Shown here piece after piece: positions 16,995 to 25,821 of a stretch of 32,000 nt of DNA. How positions within the stretch are numbered: the stretch's first letter is position 1; the number at the start of each line of letters is the position of its first letter. The DNA is from Pseudodesulfovibrio piezophilus C1TLV30 (lineage in GTDB: Bacteria > Desulfobacterota > Desulfovibrionia > Desulfovibrionales > Desulfovibrionaceae). The stretch covers positions 2,580,001-2,612,000 of the forward strand of contig NC_020409.1 of NCBI RefSeq assembly GCF_000341895.1. Direction: 5' to 3'. The position numbers and the translations under genes were made by a program. A model generated the notes under the pieces. The model saw nothing but the letters and a program-made list of their open reading frames with translations, searched no databases and had not been told where the DNA came from.

Positions 16995-17321
16995 CACGGC
17001 TTCCTGTCTCGCTTCTCCCATATAGAATGAAATGAGTGTCGCACAGTCTGGAGGGCAAAGGCGATTCTTTCCCCTGTTCATACGGTTTTGAAAGAAGGGA
17101 ATGGACCGTCTGCTGTCAGTTAGACGACTGCAATATCGAAGATTGTATGCACAGCTTGCACCGAAAGCCGTGACGCGGTACAGGGGAGGGCGGTCGTCTT
17201 TTTCGGCCGTGTCAGTGTCCGCAGCACATGACTTGATCCGGTATCAGGGTTTCCGCCTGAAAGCACCGTCCCATGGAGTGGCAGCCGTGGGGTAAACCGT
17301 ATTTATGAGGAGATGTCACCC

Positions 17322-19493
17322 ATGAGTAAAAGAGTGACCGTCGGAAGATTGGCTATTGCCGGAGAACTCCACGCATTGGTGGAAGAACGGCTGGCACCCG
17401 GAACAGGGATTGCGCCTGAGGTCTTCTGGACCAAATTTGAGTCTGTTCTCGTGGACTTGGCTCCAGAAAACAGGCGACTGCTGGCCATCCGTGAGGCCAT
17501 GCAGTCTCAGATAGATGACTGGCATCGAGCGCATCGAGGGGGAGAACATGATGCAGCTGCATATAAGAATTTTCTTGAAAAAATAGGCTACCTCGTTCCC
17601 GAGGGAGACGATTTTTCCATTACCACCCAGAATATTGACCCGGAAATCGCCACGATTGCCGGTCCGCAACTCGTGGTTCCGGTGACCAATGCCCGGTATG
17701 CATTGAATGCGGCGAATGCTCGGTGGGGAAGCCTCTATGACGCTCTGTACGGGACAGATGTCATCAGCGAGGATGCTGGTGCCACTCGTGGGGGGGGATA
17801 CAATCCTGTCCGAGGTCGAAAAGTGATGGCGTTCGGCTCGGATTTCTTGGATCGCGCCGTTCCGTTGGCCCAAGGAAGTCATGCCGATGCCACGGCCTAT
17901 ACTGTGCGGAGTGGCGTTCTCCGCGTTCTCAGGAACGACGGAACCGAGACCGGCCTGGCGTGTCCCGATCAGTTTGCCGGGTTTGTCGGGGAAGGCCCCC
18001 CCCATGCCATTCTGCTTCGCAATAACGGGTTGCATATTGATATTCGTTTCGATCCCAACCATCCGGTCGGCAAGGATCATCCTGCCGGGGTCAAGGATAT
18101 AATACTTGAAGCTGCGGTGACCTCCATCTGTGATTGTGAGGATTCCATTGCCGCTGTGGATGGAGCGGACAAGGCCTTGGCCTACGGCAACTGGCTTGGC
18201 CTTATCAAGGGGGATTTGACCACCGAAATGACCAAAGGTGACACGACATTTGTACGCCAGCTCGAAACGGATCGGGCCTACACGGCCCCTGATGGCTCGG
18301 CTTTGTCGCTCGCAGGCCGTTCGATGCTTCTCATTCGCAATGTCGGGCATTTGATGACGACAGATGCTGTGTTGCTGGATGGCGAAGAAGTGCCTGAAGG
18401 TATACTGGATGCGATGATGACCGGGTTTGTTTCAATGCACGAAGCTAAGGGGAATTGTGTCTATGGCAATTCTCCGGCTGGGTCCACTTACATCGTCAAA
18501 CCGAAGATGCATGGACCGGAAGAGGTCGCCTTTACCTGCTCCATTCTGACTGCTGTGGAAAATTCTCTTGGTCTGGCTCCCCTGTCGCTCAAGGTCGGCA
18601 TCATGGATGAAGAACGGCGGACCACCGTCAATCTCAAGGAATGCATTCGGGCCGCAAGTGATCGGGTCATTTTCATCAATACCGGATTCCTTGACAGGAC
18701 CGGCGATGAAATACACACCTCAATGGAAGCCGGGCCCATGGTGCGCAAGAATGCCATGAAAGCACAGCCCTGGATCACGGCCTACGAGGATTGGAATGTC
18801 GATACCGGCCTTGCTGCCGGGTTTTCCGGGATTGGGCAGATAGGCAAGGGAATGTGGCCCAAGCCGGATATGATGCTGGAGATGGTACAAACCAAAGAGG
18901 CACACCCCAATGCAGGGGCCAATTGCGCATGGGTGCCTTCGCCGACCGCGGCCACGCTTCATGCCATGCATTACCATCTGGTCGATGTCTTTGCCGTGCA
19001 AAAAAAGTTGGCAGCGGCCGGTCCCCGTGCCAGTCTCGATGCCTTGTTGACCCTGCCATTGCTTGAGGAGACCCTTTCGGCCGAGGATATCCAGGCCGAA
19101 CTGGATAACAACGCTCAAGGCATTCTAGGGTATGTCGTCCGGTGGATCGATCAGGGCATAGGATGTTCCAAGGTTCCTGATATAACTGATGTGGGACTCA
19201 TGGAAGATCGTGCGACTCTTCGTATCTCAAGCCAATATCTCGCCAATTGGATGCACCATGGCGTTTGCACGGAAACGCAGGTCATGGAGACCATGAAACG
19301 CATGGCCGGAGTGGTGGATCGCCAGAATGCGGACGACCCCCTGTATACTCCCATGGCCAAGGACTTTGATGCTTCCGTGGCTTTCCAGGCTGCTTGTGAT
19401 CTTGTTTTTCAGGGGAGGGAACAGCCGAGCGGTTACACTGAACCCATCCTTCATGCCAGACGGCGGGAATTGAAAGCCAAACTCGGTCTTTAA
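17322..19493 (+). CDS. glcB: Malate synthase G
   Basis: Similarity to GlcB runs along the full length as I recall the E. coli protein ([102 protein letters not shown]). The ATG at 17322 follows a GAGGAG SD; the ORF-track ATG at 17313 is too close to that SD. Confidence 0.95.
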   Translation: MSKRVTVGRLAIAGELHALVEERLAPGTGIAPEVFWTKFESVLVDLAPENRRLLAIREAMQSQIDDWHRAHRGGEHDAAAYKNFLEKIGYLVPEGDDFSITTQNIDPEIATIAGPQLVVPVTNARYALNAANARWGSLYDALYGTDVISEDAGATRGGGYNPVRGRKVMAFGSDFLDRAVPLAQGSHADATAYTVRSGVLRVLRNDGTETGLACPDQFAGFVGEGPPHAILLRNNGLHIDIRFDPNHPVGKDHPAGVKDIILEAAVTSICDCEDSIAAVDGADKALAYGNWLGLIKGDLTTEMTKGDTTFVRQLETDRAYTAPDGSALSLAGRSMLLIRNVGHLMTTDAVLLDGEEVPEGILDAMMTGFVSMHEAKGNCVYGNSPAGSTYIVKPKMHGPEEVAFTCSILTAVENSLGLAPLSLKVGIMDEERRTTVNLKECIRAASDRVIFINTGFLDRTGDEIHTSMEAGPMVRKNAMKAQPWITAYEDWNVDTGLAAGFSGIGQIGKGMWPKPDMMLEMVQTKEAHPNAGANCAWVPSPTAATLHAMHYHLVDVFAVQKKLAAAGPRASLDALLTLPLLEETLSAEDIQAELDNNAQGILGYVVRWIDQGIGCSKVPDITDVGLMEDRATLRISSQYLANWMHHGVCTETQVMETMKRMAGVVDRQNADDPLYTPMAKDFDASVAFQAACDLVFQGREQPSGYTEPILHARRRELKAKLGL

Positions 19494-19559
19494 GAACCAT
19501 TCTCGGGCTTCCCATATCCGGGCGGCCCATGCGGAGCGCCTTGTCTCCGGTCTTCAATC

Positions 19560-19603
19560 AAAGCTCAAGCCGACGTATGGAAATGTCATGGCTTGAGCTT
19601 TTT
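19560..19603 (+). terminator. Rho-independent terminator of glcB
   Basis: AAAGCTCAAGCC (19560-19571) pairs with GGCTTGAGCTTT (19590-19601) and is followed by TT. The stem is 12 bp and lies 67 nt after the stop. Confidence 0.75.
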
Positions 19604-19672
19604 GGGGTTCTGATTCTCCCTGTTTCATGATTAATGACCGTTTCTCATCCCTAGGAAGCACGGTTTCGCCTG

Positions 19673-19710
19673 CTTTTGTCCGTATTGAAGGGCAAAAGTC
19701 TTTCTTTGTT
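19673..19710 (+). terminator. Second terminator-like hairpin plus T-rich tail, about 70 nt after the glcB terminator
   Basis: CTTTTGTCC (19673-19681) pairs with GGCAAAAG (19691-19698) with one bulge, followed by TCTTTCTTTGTT. Confidence 0.35.
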
Positions 19711-19737
19711 CGGAGACCTCATCTATTTAAAAAACAA

Positions 19738-19767
19738 TTGACACTCTTTTTATGCATTTGATAAAAA
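19738..19767 (+). promoter_or_regulatory. Sigma-70-type promoter for the lrp-ald pair
   Basis: The -35 element is a perfect TTGACA (19738-19743). After an 18-nt spacer comes an extended -10, TGaTAAAAA (19759-19767). This would place the transcription start near 19774, about 45 nt before the ATG at 19819. Confidence 0.45.
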
Positions 19768-19818
19768 AAGTTCATCTTGATTTTCAAAAATGAAGAATTA
19801 AGAGAAAAAGAGAACCCA

Positions 19819-20301
19819 ATGAAAAGTATACTTGACCAAAATGACAAAAAGCTTGTTGCCGCGTTGACCCAGGACGGGCAGCTCTCTCCGGGGAAAGTTG
19901 CCGAGGAGATAGGAGTCACTGCTCCGACTGTACGTTCGCGCATGAAGAATCTTATTGCGGCCGGAGTTCTCAGGATCGCCGGTTTGGTCAATCCGACCAG
20001 GACCAGAGGGTTGACGGTGGCTTTGGTCGGTATTTCTTTGCATAGCCATGAGCAGCTTGACGAAAAGCTTGACCAGATAGGCAGCCTGCCTCGGGTTAAT
20101 TGGTGTGCCGTGGTCACCGGGCGTTACGATATCATTGTCGAGATCGTCTGTTCGGAGGAGATTGGGGATCTCTATGATTTTCTGGACAAGGATTTATCCC
20201 AGGTCGGTGGGATTAATTCAAGTGAGTCCTTTGTTGTCATGAAGTCCCGGAGAAAATGGCTCTGTTTACCCGATGCCGTGGTGGAAGAGTTCAACGAATA
20301 A
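19819..20301 (+). CDS. Lrp/AsnC-family transcriptional regulator
   Basis: The N-terminal HTH is LDQNDKKLVAALTQDGQLSPGKVAEEIGVTAPTVRSRMKNLIAAGVL, followed by a RAM/AsnC_trans_reg-like C-terminal domain. At 160 aa from the ATG at 19819, the size fits the family. The ORF-track start at 19777 is a TTG. Confidence 0.85.
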   Translation: MKSILDQNDKKLVAALTQDGQLSPGKVAEEIGVTAPTVRSRMKNLIAAGVLRIAGLVNPTRTRGLTVALVGISLHSHEQLDEKLDQIGSLPRVNWCAVVTGRYDIIVEIVCSEEIGDLYDFLDKDLSQVGGINSSESFVVMKSRRKWLCLPDAVVEEFNE

Positions 20302-20352
20302 ATGGCAGACGCCAGTACTTGGCGAAAGAATGACCCGAAGAGGAGAGAGAAG

Positions 20353-21456
20353 ATGATCATAGGTATCCCGAAGGAAATCAAAACGTTGGAAAATCGCGTC
20401 GCCATGACGCCTGCGGCTGTCGAATCCTTGATTCGTCAGGGCAATGATGTGCTGGTTGAAGCCGGTGCCGGAGTCGGCAGTGGGTTGGCCGATGAGGAAT
20501 ACACCGCTGCCGGTGCCAAAATGGTTTCCGCTCAGGATGCCTGGGGCGCTGAAATGGTCATCAAGGTCAAAGAACCGCTGGAGTCCGAGTTCAAGTACTT
20601 GCGTGAAGGGTTGCTCCTTTTTACCTATCTGCATTTGGCTGCTGCAGAAGGGCTGACCAAGGCGCTCTTGGAATCCGGTACGACCGGTATAGCCTATGAA
20701 ACCATTCAATCTCCTGACAGAACCCTGCCATTGCTGACCCCCATGTCTGAAGTCGCCGGTCGTATGGCCACTCAGGTTGGTGCGCATTATCTGGAGAAAA
20801 CCCAGGGCGGTCGCGGTATCCTGTTGGGTGGCGTTCCCGGTGTCATGCCTGCCGAGGTTCTGGTTTTGGGCGGTGGTGTCGTTGGGACCAACGCGGCACG
20901 CATGGCCATGGGTATGGGCGCTCGCGTGACCATTCTTGATCTTTCCCACCAGCGTTTGCAGTATCTGGATGATGTTTTTCAGGGCCGCATCACCACCATG
21001 ATGTCAACTGAGCCGAATATTCGTCAGATGGTTCAAAAGGCTGATCTTGTCATCGGTGGCGTGCTTCTGCCTGGAGCCAAGGCTCCCAAGTTGATCACGC
21101 GCGATATGCTGTCGCTGATGAAGGAAGGTTCTGTCATCGTGGACGTCGCCGTGGATCAGGGCGGTTGCATCGAGACCACCAAGGCAACAACCCATGACAA
21201 CCCGACCTATGTCATTGATGGCGTAGTCCACTACGGCGTGGCAAACATGCCCGGCGCGGTTCCCCGTACCTCGACCTTTGCCCTCGTCAATCAGACGACC
21301 CCGTACGCCATGCGTTTGGCAGCTAAGGGTGTCGCGGCATTGAAGGACGATCCGGGTCTGGCCCTTGGCCTGAATACCTACCAGGGGACGTTGACCTGCC
21401 CCGCAGTTGGTGAGGCGCTTGGCATTGATGCCGTGAAGCCCGAAGATGTGATCTAA
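20353..21456 (+). CDS. ald: Alanine dehydrogenase
   Basis: The sequence [23 protein letters not shown] is the canonical Ald N-terminus. The NAD fold is [28 protein letters not shown], and [19 protein letters not shown] is also present. An AGGAGAGAG SD precedes the ATG at 20353; 20302 is an over-extension. Confidence 0.95.
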   Translation: MIIGIPKEIKTLENRVAMTPAAVESLIRQGNDVLVEAGAGVGSGLADEEYTAAGAKMVSAQDAWGAEMVIKVKEPLESEFKYLREGLLLFTYLHLAAAEGLTKALLESGTTGIAYETIQSPDRTLPLLTPMSEVAGRMATQVGAHYLEKTQGGRGILLGGVPGVMPAEVLVLGGGVVGTNAARMAMGMGARVTILDLSHQRLQYLDDVFQGRITTMMSTEPNIRQMVQKADLVIGGVLLPGAKAPKLITRDMLSLMKEGSVIVDVAVDQGGCIETTKATTHDNPTYVIDGVVHYGVANMPGAVPRTSTFALVNQTTPYAMRLAAKGVAALKDDPGLALGLNTYQGTLTCPAVGEALGIDAVKPEDVI

Positions 21457-21476
21457 TCAATCTTCCAAGACATTTG

Positions 21477-21515
21477 AAAGCCCCTCGGGAGATGATCTCG
21501 GGGGGCTTTGTTGTT
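21477..21515 (+). terminator. Rho-independent terminator of ald
   Basis: AAAGCCCCTC...GGGGGGCTTT forms a stem with a 2-nt bulge and is followed by GTTGTTG. It begins 21 nt after the stop. Confidence 0.6.
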
Positions 21516-21691
21516 GCTGGTGTTCCCTTGACGTTTACGAGAGAGAGAATCTTCCTGGGAGTGAATCATACCGCTCTTTTTCGCGTGTTCCCGGTGCGGT
21601 TGCTGTCTTCTGATTTCTTTGGGCGAAGAGTGTTGAGTCTGTGCCGCTGACGACAGTGCGGAGTGCGTGAGGAGCGGGGTTCATACAAAGA

Positions 21692-21726
21692 AACAGGGCC
21701 GGGAGCTGTCTGCTTCCGGCCCTGTT
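21692..21726 (-). terminator. Rho-independent terminator of the MauE-rhodanese operon
   Basis: AACAGGGCCGG (21692-21702) pairs with CCGGCCCTGTT (21716-21726). On the minus strand the hairpin is followed by TCTTTGTAT. It lies 20 nt beyond the rhodanese stop. Confidence 0.7.
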
Positions 21727-21745
21727 GGTGTTGATTGATGAAGGG

Positions 21746-22261
21746 CTAACTGCCTGATTCAACGGGGTACTCAGCCCCTCTCCAGGCAAAAATGCCACCG
21801 GGAAGGCGTTGAACATTGGTGTAGCCGAGTTTCTTTGCCCAGGCTGCGCCGTTGTCAGAACGGCCGCATTTGACGAATCCACAATAGATAACGAGAAGTT
21901 TATCCTTGTCAGGGCCGAGCATACGGAGAAAATCCTCTTGGCTCTTGCCTGCGGTTTCGTTGGTGTCCCAGGTCTCCATGGGCTTGATGGGGAAAAGGAA
22001 TTGCAGTGCACCGGGGATATGGCCTTTTTGATAGCTGGCTTCATATGGCATGGTGTCGATAATGGTCATATCGGTATTCTTGTCCATCAGCGCCTTCAGT
22101 TCCGTGACCGTTATCAGCTCATATCCACCGCGGACGGTTTCTTTGGCCAATTTGACGGCTTCGGCTTCCTTGGTCACTTCGCGGGCAAATTTGTCTTCGG
22201 CCCCGAGACAGCCTCCCAGCAGCACTGCACAGGCGAGAATGGTAAGACAAAGTTTTTTCAT
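21746..22261 (-). CDS. Rhodanese-domain lipoprotein (sulfurtransferase-like)
   Basis: The ATG at 22261 gives MKKLCLTILACAVLLGGC, with a lipobox. Rhodanese features are HIPGALQF, the active-site region LLVIYCGFVKCGRSDNGAAWAKKLGYTNV, and LPGGIFAWRGAEYPV. The 287-aa ORF-track version runs through the upstream gene in another frame. Confidence 0.8.
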   Translation of the reverse strand: MKKLCLTILACAVLLGGCLGAEDKFAREVTKEAEAVKLAKETVRGGYELITVTELKALMDKNTDMTIIDTMPYEASYQKGHIPGALQFLFPIKPMETWDTNETAGKSQEDFLRMLGPDKDKLLVIYCGFVKCGRSDNGAAWAKKLGYTNVQRLPGGIFAWRGAEYPVESGS

Positions 22262-22266
22262 GGGGA

Positions 22267-22749
22267 TCACTCCGTGGTTTTGAATGGATTGAATCTGAAG
22301 AGCGGTCGTGGAAAATACCCTGCAACACGCCGCTGCCAAAAGATGATCAGACATGCTGCAAACATGAACATGTCCCGGACGAGAGTGCCCCAGAGTCCGC
22401 CATGCGCCCCGGCACCGGGGTCTGACGGACCGAAGCAGCCGCAGTCCACGTCCAATCCCATGTGGATTCCGTAGGCAAGGACGCCCATGAACCCCAACAA
22501 CTGTGCGACAATCATCCCCAAAGAACCTCGTACATCGAAAATCAGACCGATCCCGGAAAGGATTTCCAGTACCGGCAGACTTCTGGAGATAAGGTTGGCC
22601 ATCCGCCATGAGACCAGCCCATATCCGTCGATAGCCTGTGCAAAAGCCGCTGGATCAGCGAGCTTGAGAATACCGGCATAGACGAATACTCCACCCAAAA
22701 GAACCCTCAGCACGATATACAAAGGCTTGGAAGAAACGACTTTCAACAT
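22267..22749 (-). CDS. MauE/DoxX-family integral membrane protein
   Basis: The sequence LRVLLGGVFVYAGILKLADPAAFAQAIDGYGLV is typical of MauE/DoxX, and there are 4 predicted TM segments. The ATG at 22749 (MLKVVSSKPLYIVL) is preferred over 22854. The stop is 5 nt from the rhodanese start. Confidence 0.75.
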   Translation of the reverse strand: MLKVVSSKPLYIVLRVLLGGVFVYAGILKLADPAAFAQAIDGYGLVSWRMANLISRSLPVLEILSGIGLIFDVRGSLGMIVAQLLGFMGVLAYGIHMGLDVDCGCFGPSDPGAGAHGGLWGTLVRDMFMFAACLIIFWQRRVAGYFPRPLFRFNPFKTTE

Positions 22750-22864
22750 ATCTCTCCATGCGTCCGGGGATGATTCACAGGACGGACCATGCATCATTAA
22801 TATAGATGCTCTGGATTTTACAAATAGATAAAACTGATCGATATTTGACACCACATTGACTGAT

Positions 22865-22895
22865 AAAGTCTATTTTTGCTTGTCTGAAAAGTCTA
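22865..22895. repeat. Direct repeat AAAGTCTA x2 (23-nt period) in the AT-rich divergent promoter region
   Basis: AAAGTCTA occurs at 22865-22872 and 22888-22895, between the MauE operon and the MerR-like gene. Confidence 0.5.
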
Positions 22896-23051
22896 GAAAA
22901 AATCATGAATATTAAGCATGTTATGGAATCGTCCCTCTTTTTTTATTTAAATCAGTAGAATAACTTCATTTATTTCTTGAGATGATCGCTAAAATTTTGT
23001 ACTCCAATGAAAACCAACAAAGTGTGACAGCTTTCAGGAGGGGTACGAAGG

Positions 23052-23654
23052 ATGACGAGCAAAAAAGTGCTTTCCGTGGCCGAAATAGCACGTGAGCTGG
23101 AGTTGCCGGAGTCGACAGTCCACTATTGGAAGAACCGGTTTGCTCAACATCTGCCCAGCGTTGGCCGTGGACGGCAGAAACGGTTCAAACCCGAAGCCAT
23201 CGAAGTTTTTTCCACCATTTCCCGTCTTCTCAAGGAAGGGCATACCGCCCGCGATGTCATGGACCAACTTTCTCAGTCCTATCCGCTTCAGGCCGATGCC
23301 ATGCCCCAGGACAGCATGGTTGCCACCGTGCCGATGACCGGCCCCGCTCTGGAGCCTGCCATGAAGATGGCTGCTGCCATCGGGCTGGAAATAGCCAAGT
23401 CCGTTGGTGAGGGTATCCGTTCAGTGCTGGAAAGCGGGAATCAGTCCGCCGATGTCACGGATGTCCGGGAAGGATTGGAAGAGGCCGCCTTGCGTATCTC
23501 GGCTCAGGTGGTCGAGACAGAAGCCTTGAAAACAGAGAATCAAGTGCTCAAGGAAAAGCTCAAGATCATGGAGGCCGAGATGATCCGACTGCGCAAGGAT
23601 CGACGGGAAATGGAGAAATACCTCCTTGACAAGATCAAATCCGTAGCTACTTAA
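23052..23654 (+). CDS. MerR-like HTH DNA-binding protein with long C-terminal coiled coil
   Basis: The N-terminal sequence LSVAEIARELELPESTVHYWKNRFAQHLPSVGRGRQKRFKPEAIEVFSTISRLLKEGHTARDV has the MerR/HTH_17 pattern. The C-terminal sequence ETEALKTENQVLKEKLKIMEAEMIRLRKDRREMEKYLLDKI has heptad character. An AGGAGG SD lies upstream. Confidence 0.7.
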   Translation: MTSKKVLSVAEIARELELPESTVHYWKNRFAQHLPSVGRGRQKRFKPEAIEVFSTISRLLKEGHTARDVMDQLSQSYPLQADAMPQDSMVATVPMTGPALEPAMKMAAAIGLEIAKSVGEGIRSVLESGNQSADVTDVREGLEEAALRISAQVVETEALKTENQVLKEKLKIMEAEMIRLRKDRREMEKYLLDKIKSVAT

Positions 23655-23702
23655 CCGCGAGGCGCAGGGGAGGACCCTGCTGACCTGTTTTTCGTAAAAA
23701 TG

Positions 23703-23740
23703 CCCCGCCGACCGTGCCTTGCCAGGCGTGGGCGACGGGG
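23703..23740 (+). other. Stable imperfect hairpin (17-nt arms, tetraloop) in the merR-like / htpG spacer
   Basis: CCCCGCCGACCGTGCCT, loop TGCC, then AGGCGTGGGCGACGGGG: 15 of 17 positions pair, including 2 G-U. An A/T-tract lies upstream (TTTTTCGTAAAAAT) and there is no T-tract downstream. Confidence 0.4.
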
Positions 23741-23869
23741 ACTGTCGCACTATGAGACACTGTGTATAAACCGAATTCCGGTTCCTTGAATGTCTGGGGC
23801 GTTCGATGATGTCCTTTGGGACGGCCGAACGAGACAAAAGCTTTCAAGGGGACCGCTACGGAGGAACAG

Positions 23870-25774
23870 ATGGGCAAAAAAACCACCCACAAATTCAAGG
23901 CTGAAGTCAGCCAGCTTCTCGACATCCTGGTCCACTCGCTCTACACCAACAAAGAAATTTTTCTGCGCGAGCTGATTTCAAATGCATCTGATGCCCTGGA
24001 AAAGGTCCGTTTCAAATCCACGGCCGATGGTGTGGAAGATGAGATCGCGCCCGAGATACGGATTTCATCTGATAAGGATGCCGGAACAATCACCATTACG
24101 GATACCGGTGTTGGCATGACACGCGATGAGCTGATGCGTAATATTGGCACCATCGCCCATTCCGGAACGGCTGAACTGACCCGTATGGCCCAGGAAGGCG
24201 CGGATTCTCTCGATGCCCTCATTGGCCGCTTCGGCGTCGGCTTCTATTCCGTTTACATGGTCGCCAGTGAAGTGACTGTCACGACCCGTTCCATTGAGCC
24301 GGACGCTGTTCCTATCAGTTGGGTCTCGGATGGTCGGACCGACTACAAGCTTCAGGAATTGGACCCGGAATCCGTCGAGAACCTGCCGCGCGGAACTCGG
24401 ATCGAAGTCAAGCTCAATGAAGACATGGTCTCGCAGTTTGCCAATGATGCTGCTCTCAAGAATATTGTCAACAAACATTCCAATTTTATCAATTTCCCCA
24501 TTTTCGTCGGGGAGGAACAGGTCAACACGGTCACTGCTCTGTGGCGTGAACCCAAGTTCCAGATCACGGAGGAACAGTATGCCGAGTTCTACAAATTCCT
24601 GACCTTTGATTCGGACGAGCCGTTCGATACCCTGCATACTTCAGTTGATGCGCCGGTCCAGTTCAACGCGCTGATGTTCACTCCCAAATCCGGGGATGAT
24701 CCGTTTGGCATGGGGCGGGAGAATCGTGGGCTTGATCTCTACGTGCGCCGTGTCCTCATCGAAAAGCAGAACAAGGACCTGCTCCCTGAATATCTGGGCT
24801 TTGTCAAAGGGGTGGTCGATACCGAAGACCTGCCCTTGAATATCTCACGCGAGACACTTCAGGATAACCTGCTGATTCGCAAGATCAGCTCCACATTGGT
24901 CAAGCAAGTGCTCGGCAACCTTGAAAAGATGGCCAAGGATAACGAAGATCGGTACGTCGAATTCTGGCAGGCCCATGGCAATCTGTTCAAGGCCGGATAT
25001 ATGGACTTCCTGAACAAGGACAAGTTCGGCAAACTGGTTCGTTTCAATTCTTCATTCAATGAGGATGCCAAGGGGCTGACATCCTTTGCCGACTATATTG
25101 CGCGCGCCAAGGAAGATCAGAAAGAGATTTATTATGCCTTTGGTCCCAGTCGTGAAGCTCTCGGCCTGTCTCCATATCTCGAAGTCTTCCGAAAGAAAGG
25201 GATCGAAGTCCTCTATCTTTACGAACCCATCGATGAGTTCGTCATGGACTCCCTGCGTGACTACGAAGGCCTGACTCTGGTCTCTGCCGAGCACGCTGAA
25301 ATGGAGACTCTCGACAAGTTCGAGACCCTTGAAAAGGAAGAGAAACCCGAAGGTCTGTCCGATGACCAAAAGTCAACTCTCGACAAGTTGCTTGTCCGTA
25401 TCAAGGACGTGCTGGGCGATGCCGTGACCGAAGTCAAAGCGTCGCAAAGACTTTCCAGTTCACCGGTCTGCCTCGCCAATCCTGATGGGAACGTGACCAG
25501 TTCCATGGACAAGATCATGCGTGTGGTTTCCAAGGATACCTCCATCCCCAAGAAGGTTCTTGAGATCAACCCTGATCATGCCTTGGTCCGGAACATGCTG
25601 ACTATCTATGAACGAGATGCAAACGATCCCTTCATTGATCAGGCGGCCAATCAACTCTTCGAATCCGCGCTGCTGCTGGAAGGATATCTTACCGATCCCC
25701 ACGCTCTTGTTGGTCGTGTCCAGGAGTTGCTGACCAAATCCAGCGGCTGGTACGTCGAGACAAACGATAAATAA
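23870..25774 (+). CDS. htpG: Molecular chaperone HtpG (Hsp90)
   Basis: The sequence FKAEVSQLLDILVHSLYTNKEIFLRELISNASDALEK is the canonical Hsp90 N-terminus. Further matches are GRFGVGFYS and LPLNISRETLQ. A GGAGGA SD precedes the ATG at 23870; 23816 is an over-extension. Confidence 0.95.
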   Translation: MGKKTTHKFKAEVSQLLDILVHSLYTNKEIFLRELISNASDALEKVRFKSTADGVEDEIAPEIRISSDKDAGTITITDTGVGMTRDELMRNIGTIAHSGTAELTRMAQEGADSLDALIGRFGVGFYSVYMVASEVTVTTRSIEPDAVPISWVSDGRTDYKLQELDPESVENLPRGTRIEVKLNEDMVSQFANDAALKNIVNKHSNFINFPIFVGEEQVNTVTALWREPKFQITEEQYAEFYKFLTFDSDEPFDTLHTSVDAPVQFNALMFTPKSGDDPFGMGRENRGLDLYVRRVLIEKQNKDLLPEYLGFVKGVVDTEDLPLNISRETLQDNLLIRKISSTLVKQVLGNLEKMAKDNEDRYVEFWQAHGNLFKAGYMDFLNKDKFGKLVRFNSSFNEDAKGLTSFADYIARAKEDQKEIYYAFGPSREALGLSPYLEVFRKKGIEVLYLYEPIDEFVMDSLRDYEGLTLVSAEHAEMETLDKFETLEKEEKPEGLSDDQKSTLDKLLVRIKDVLGDAVTEVKASQRLSSSPVCLANPDGNVTSSMDKIMRVVSKDTSIPKKVLEINPDHALVRNMLTIYERDANDPFIDQAANQLFESALLLEGYLTDPHALVGRVQELLTKSSGWYVETNDK

Positions 25775-25821
25775 CCCTATGCTTCCTCTTCGATGAAAAT
25801 CGGAGATTCTGAAAATCCGAA

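Noticed and set aside
17041-17321. Identification of the glcB leader as a glycine or c-di-GMP-I riboswitch.
   Set aside because: Only short fragments resemble the consensus (CUGGAGGG, GGGCAAAGG, CACCGAAAG). I could not assemble the conserved P1/P3 architecture or the ACCGAAGGGGCAA / CUCAGGCAAAAGGAC cores by eye. I report it only as an unexplained long leader.
17316-18350. A 344-aa minus-strand ORF inside glcB, and a similar 227-aa ORF at 20266..20949 inside ald.
   Set aside because: Both are antisense to full-length, highly conserved enzymes. Their translations are Gly/Arg/Pro-rich with no motifs. They are shadow ORFs arising from GC-rich third codon positions.
21746-22609. Long N-terminal extensions in the ORF track (21746..22609, 22267..22854, 7724..8329, 8270..8800, 1166..3793, 3750..6836, 20302..21456, 23816..25774, 19777..20301).
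   Set aside because: The extensions overlap neighbouring genes, start on TTG/GTG or lack an SD. Internal ATGs give canonical signal peptides, lipoboxes or conserved N-termini ([10 protein letters not shown] for Ald, MGKKTTHKFKAEV for HtpG). I used the internal starts.
23785-23812. A sigma-32 heat-shock promoter upstream of htpG (CTTGAA at 23785-23790).
   Set aside because: The -35 half matches CTTGAA. The -10 region 13-15 nt downstream (TTCGATGAT) is a poor match to CCCCATNT. The match is too weak to call without transcription-start data.
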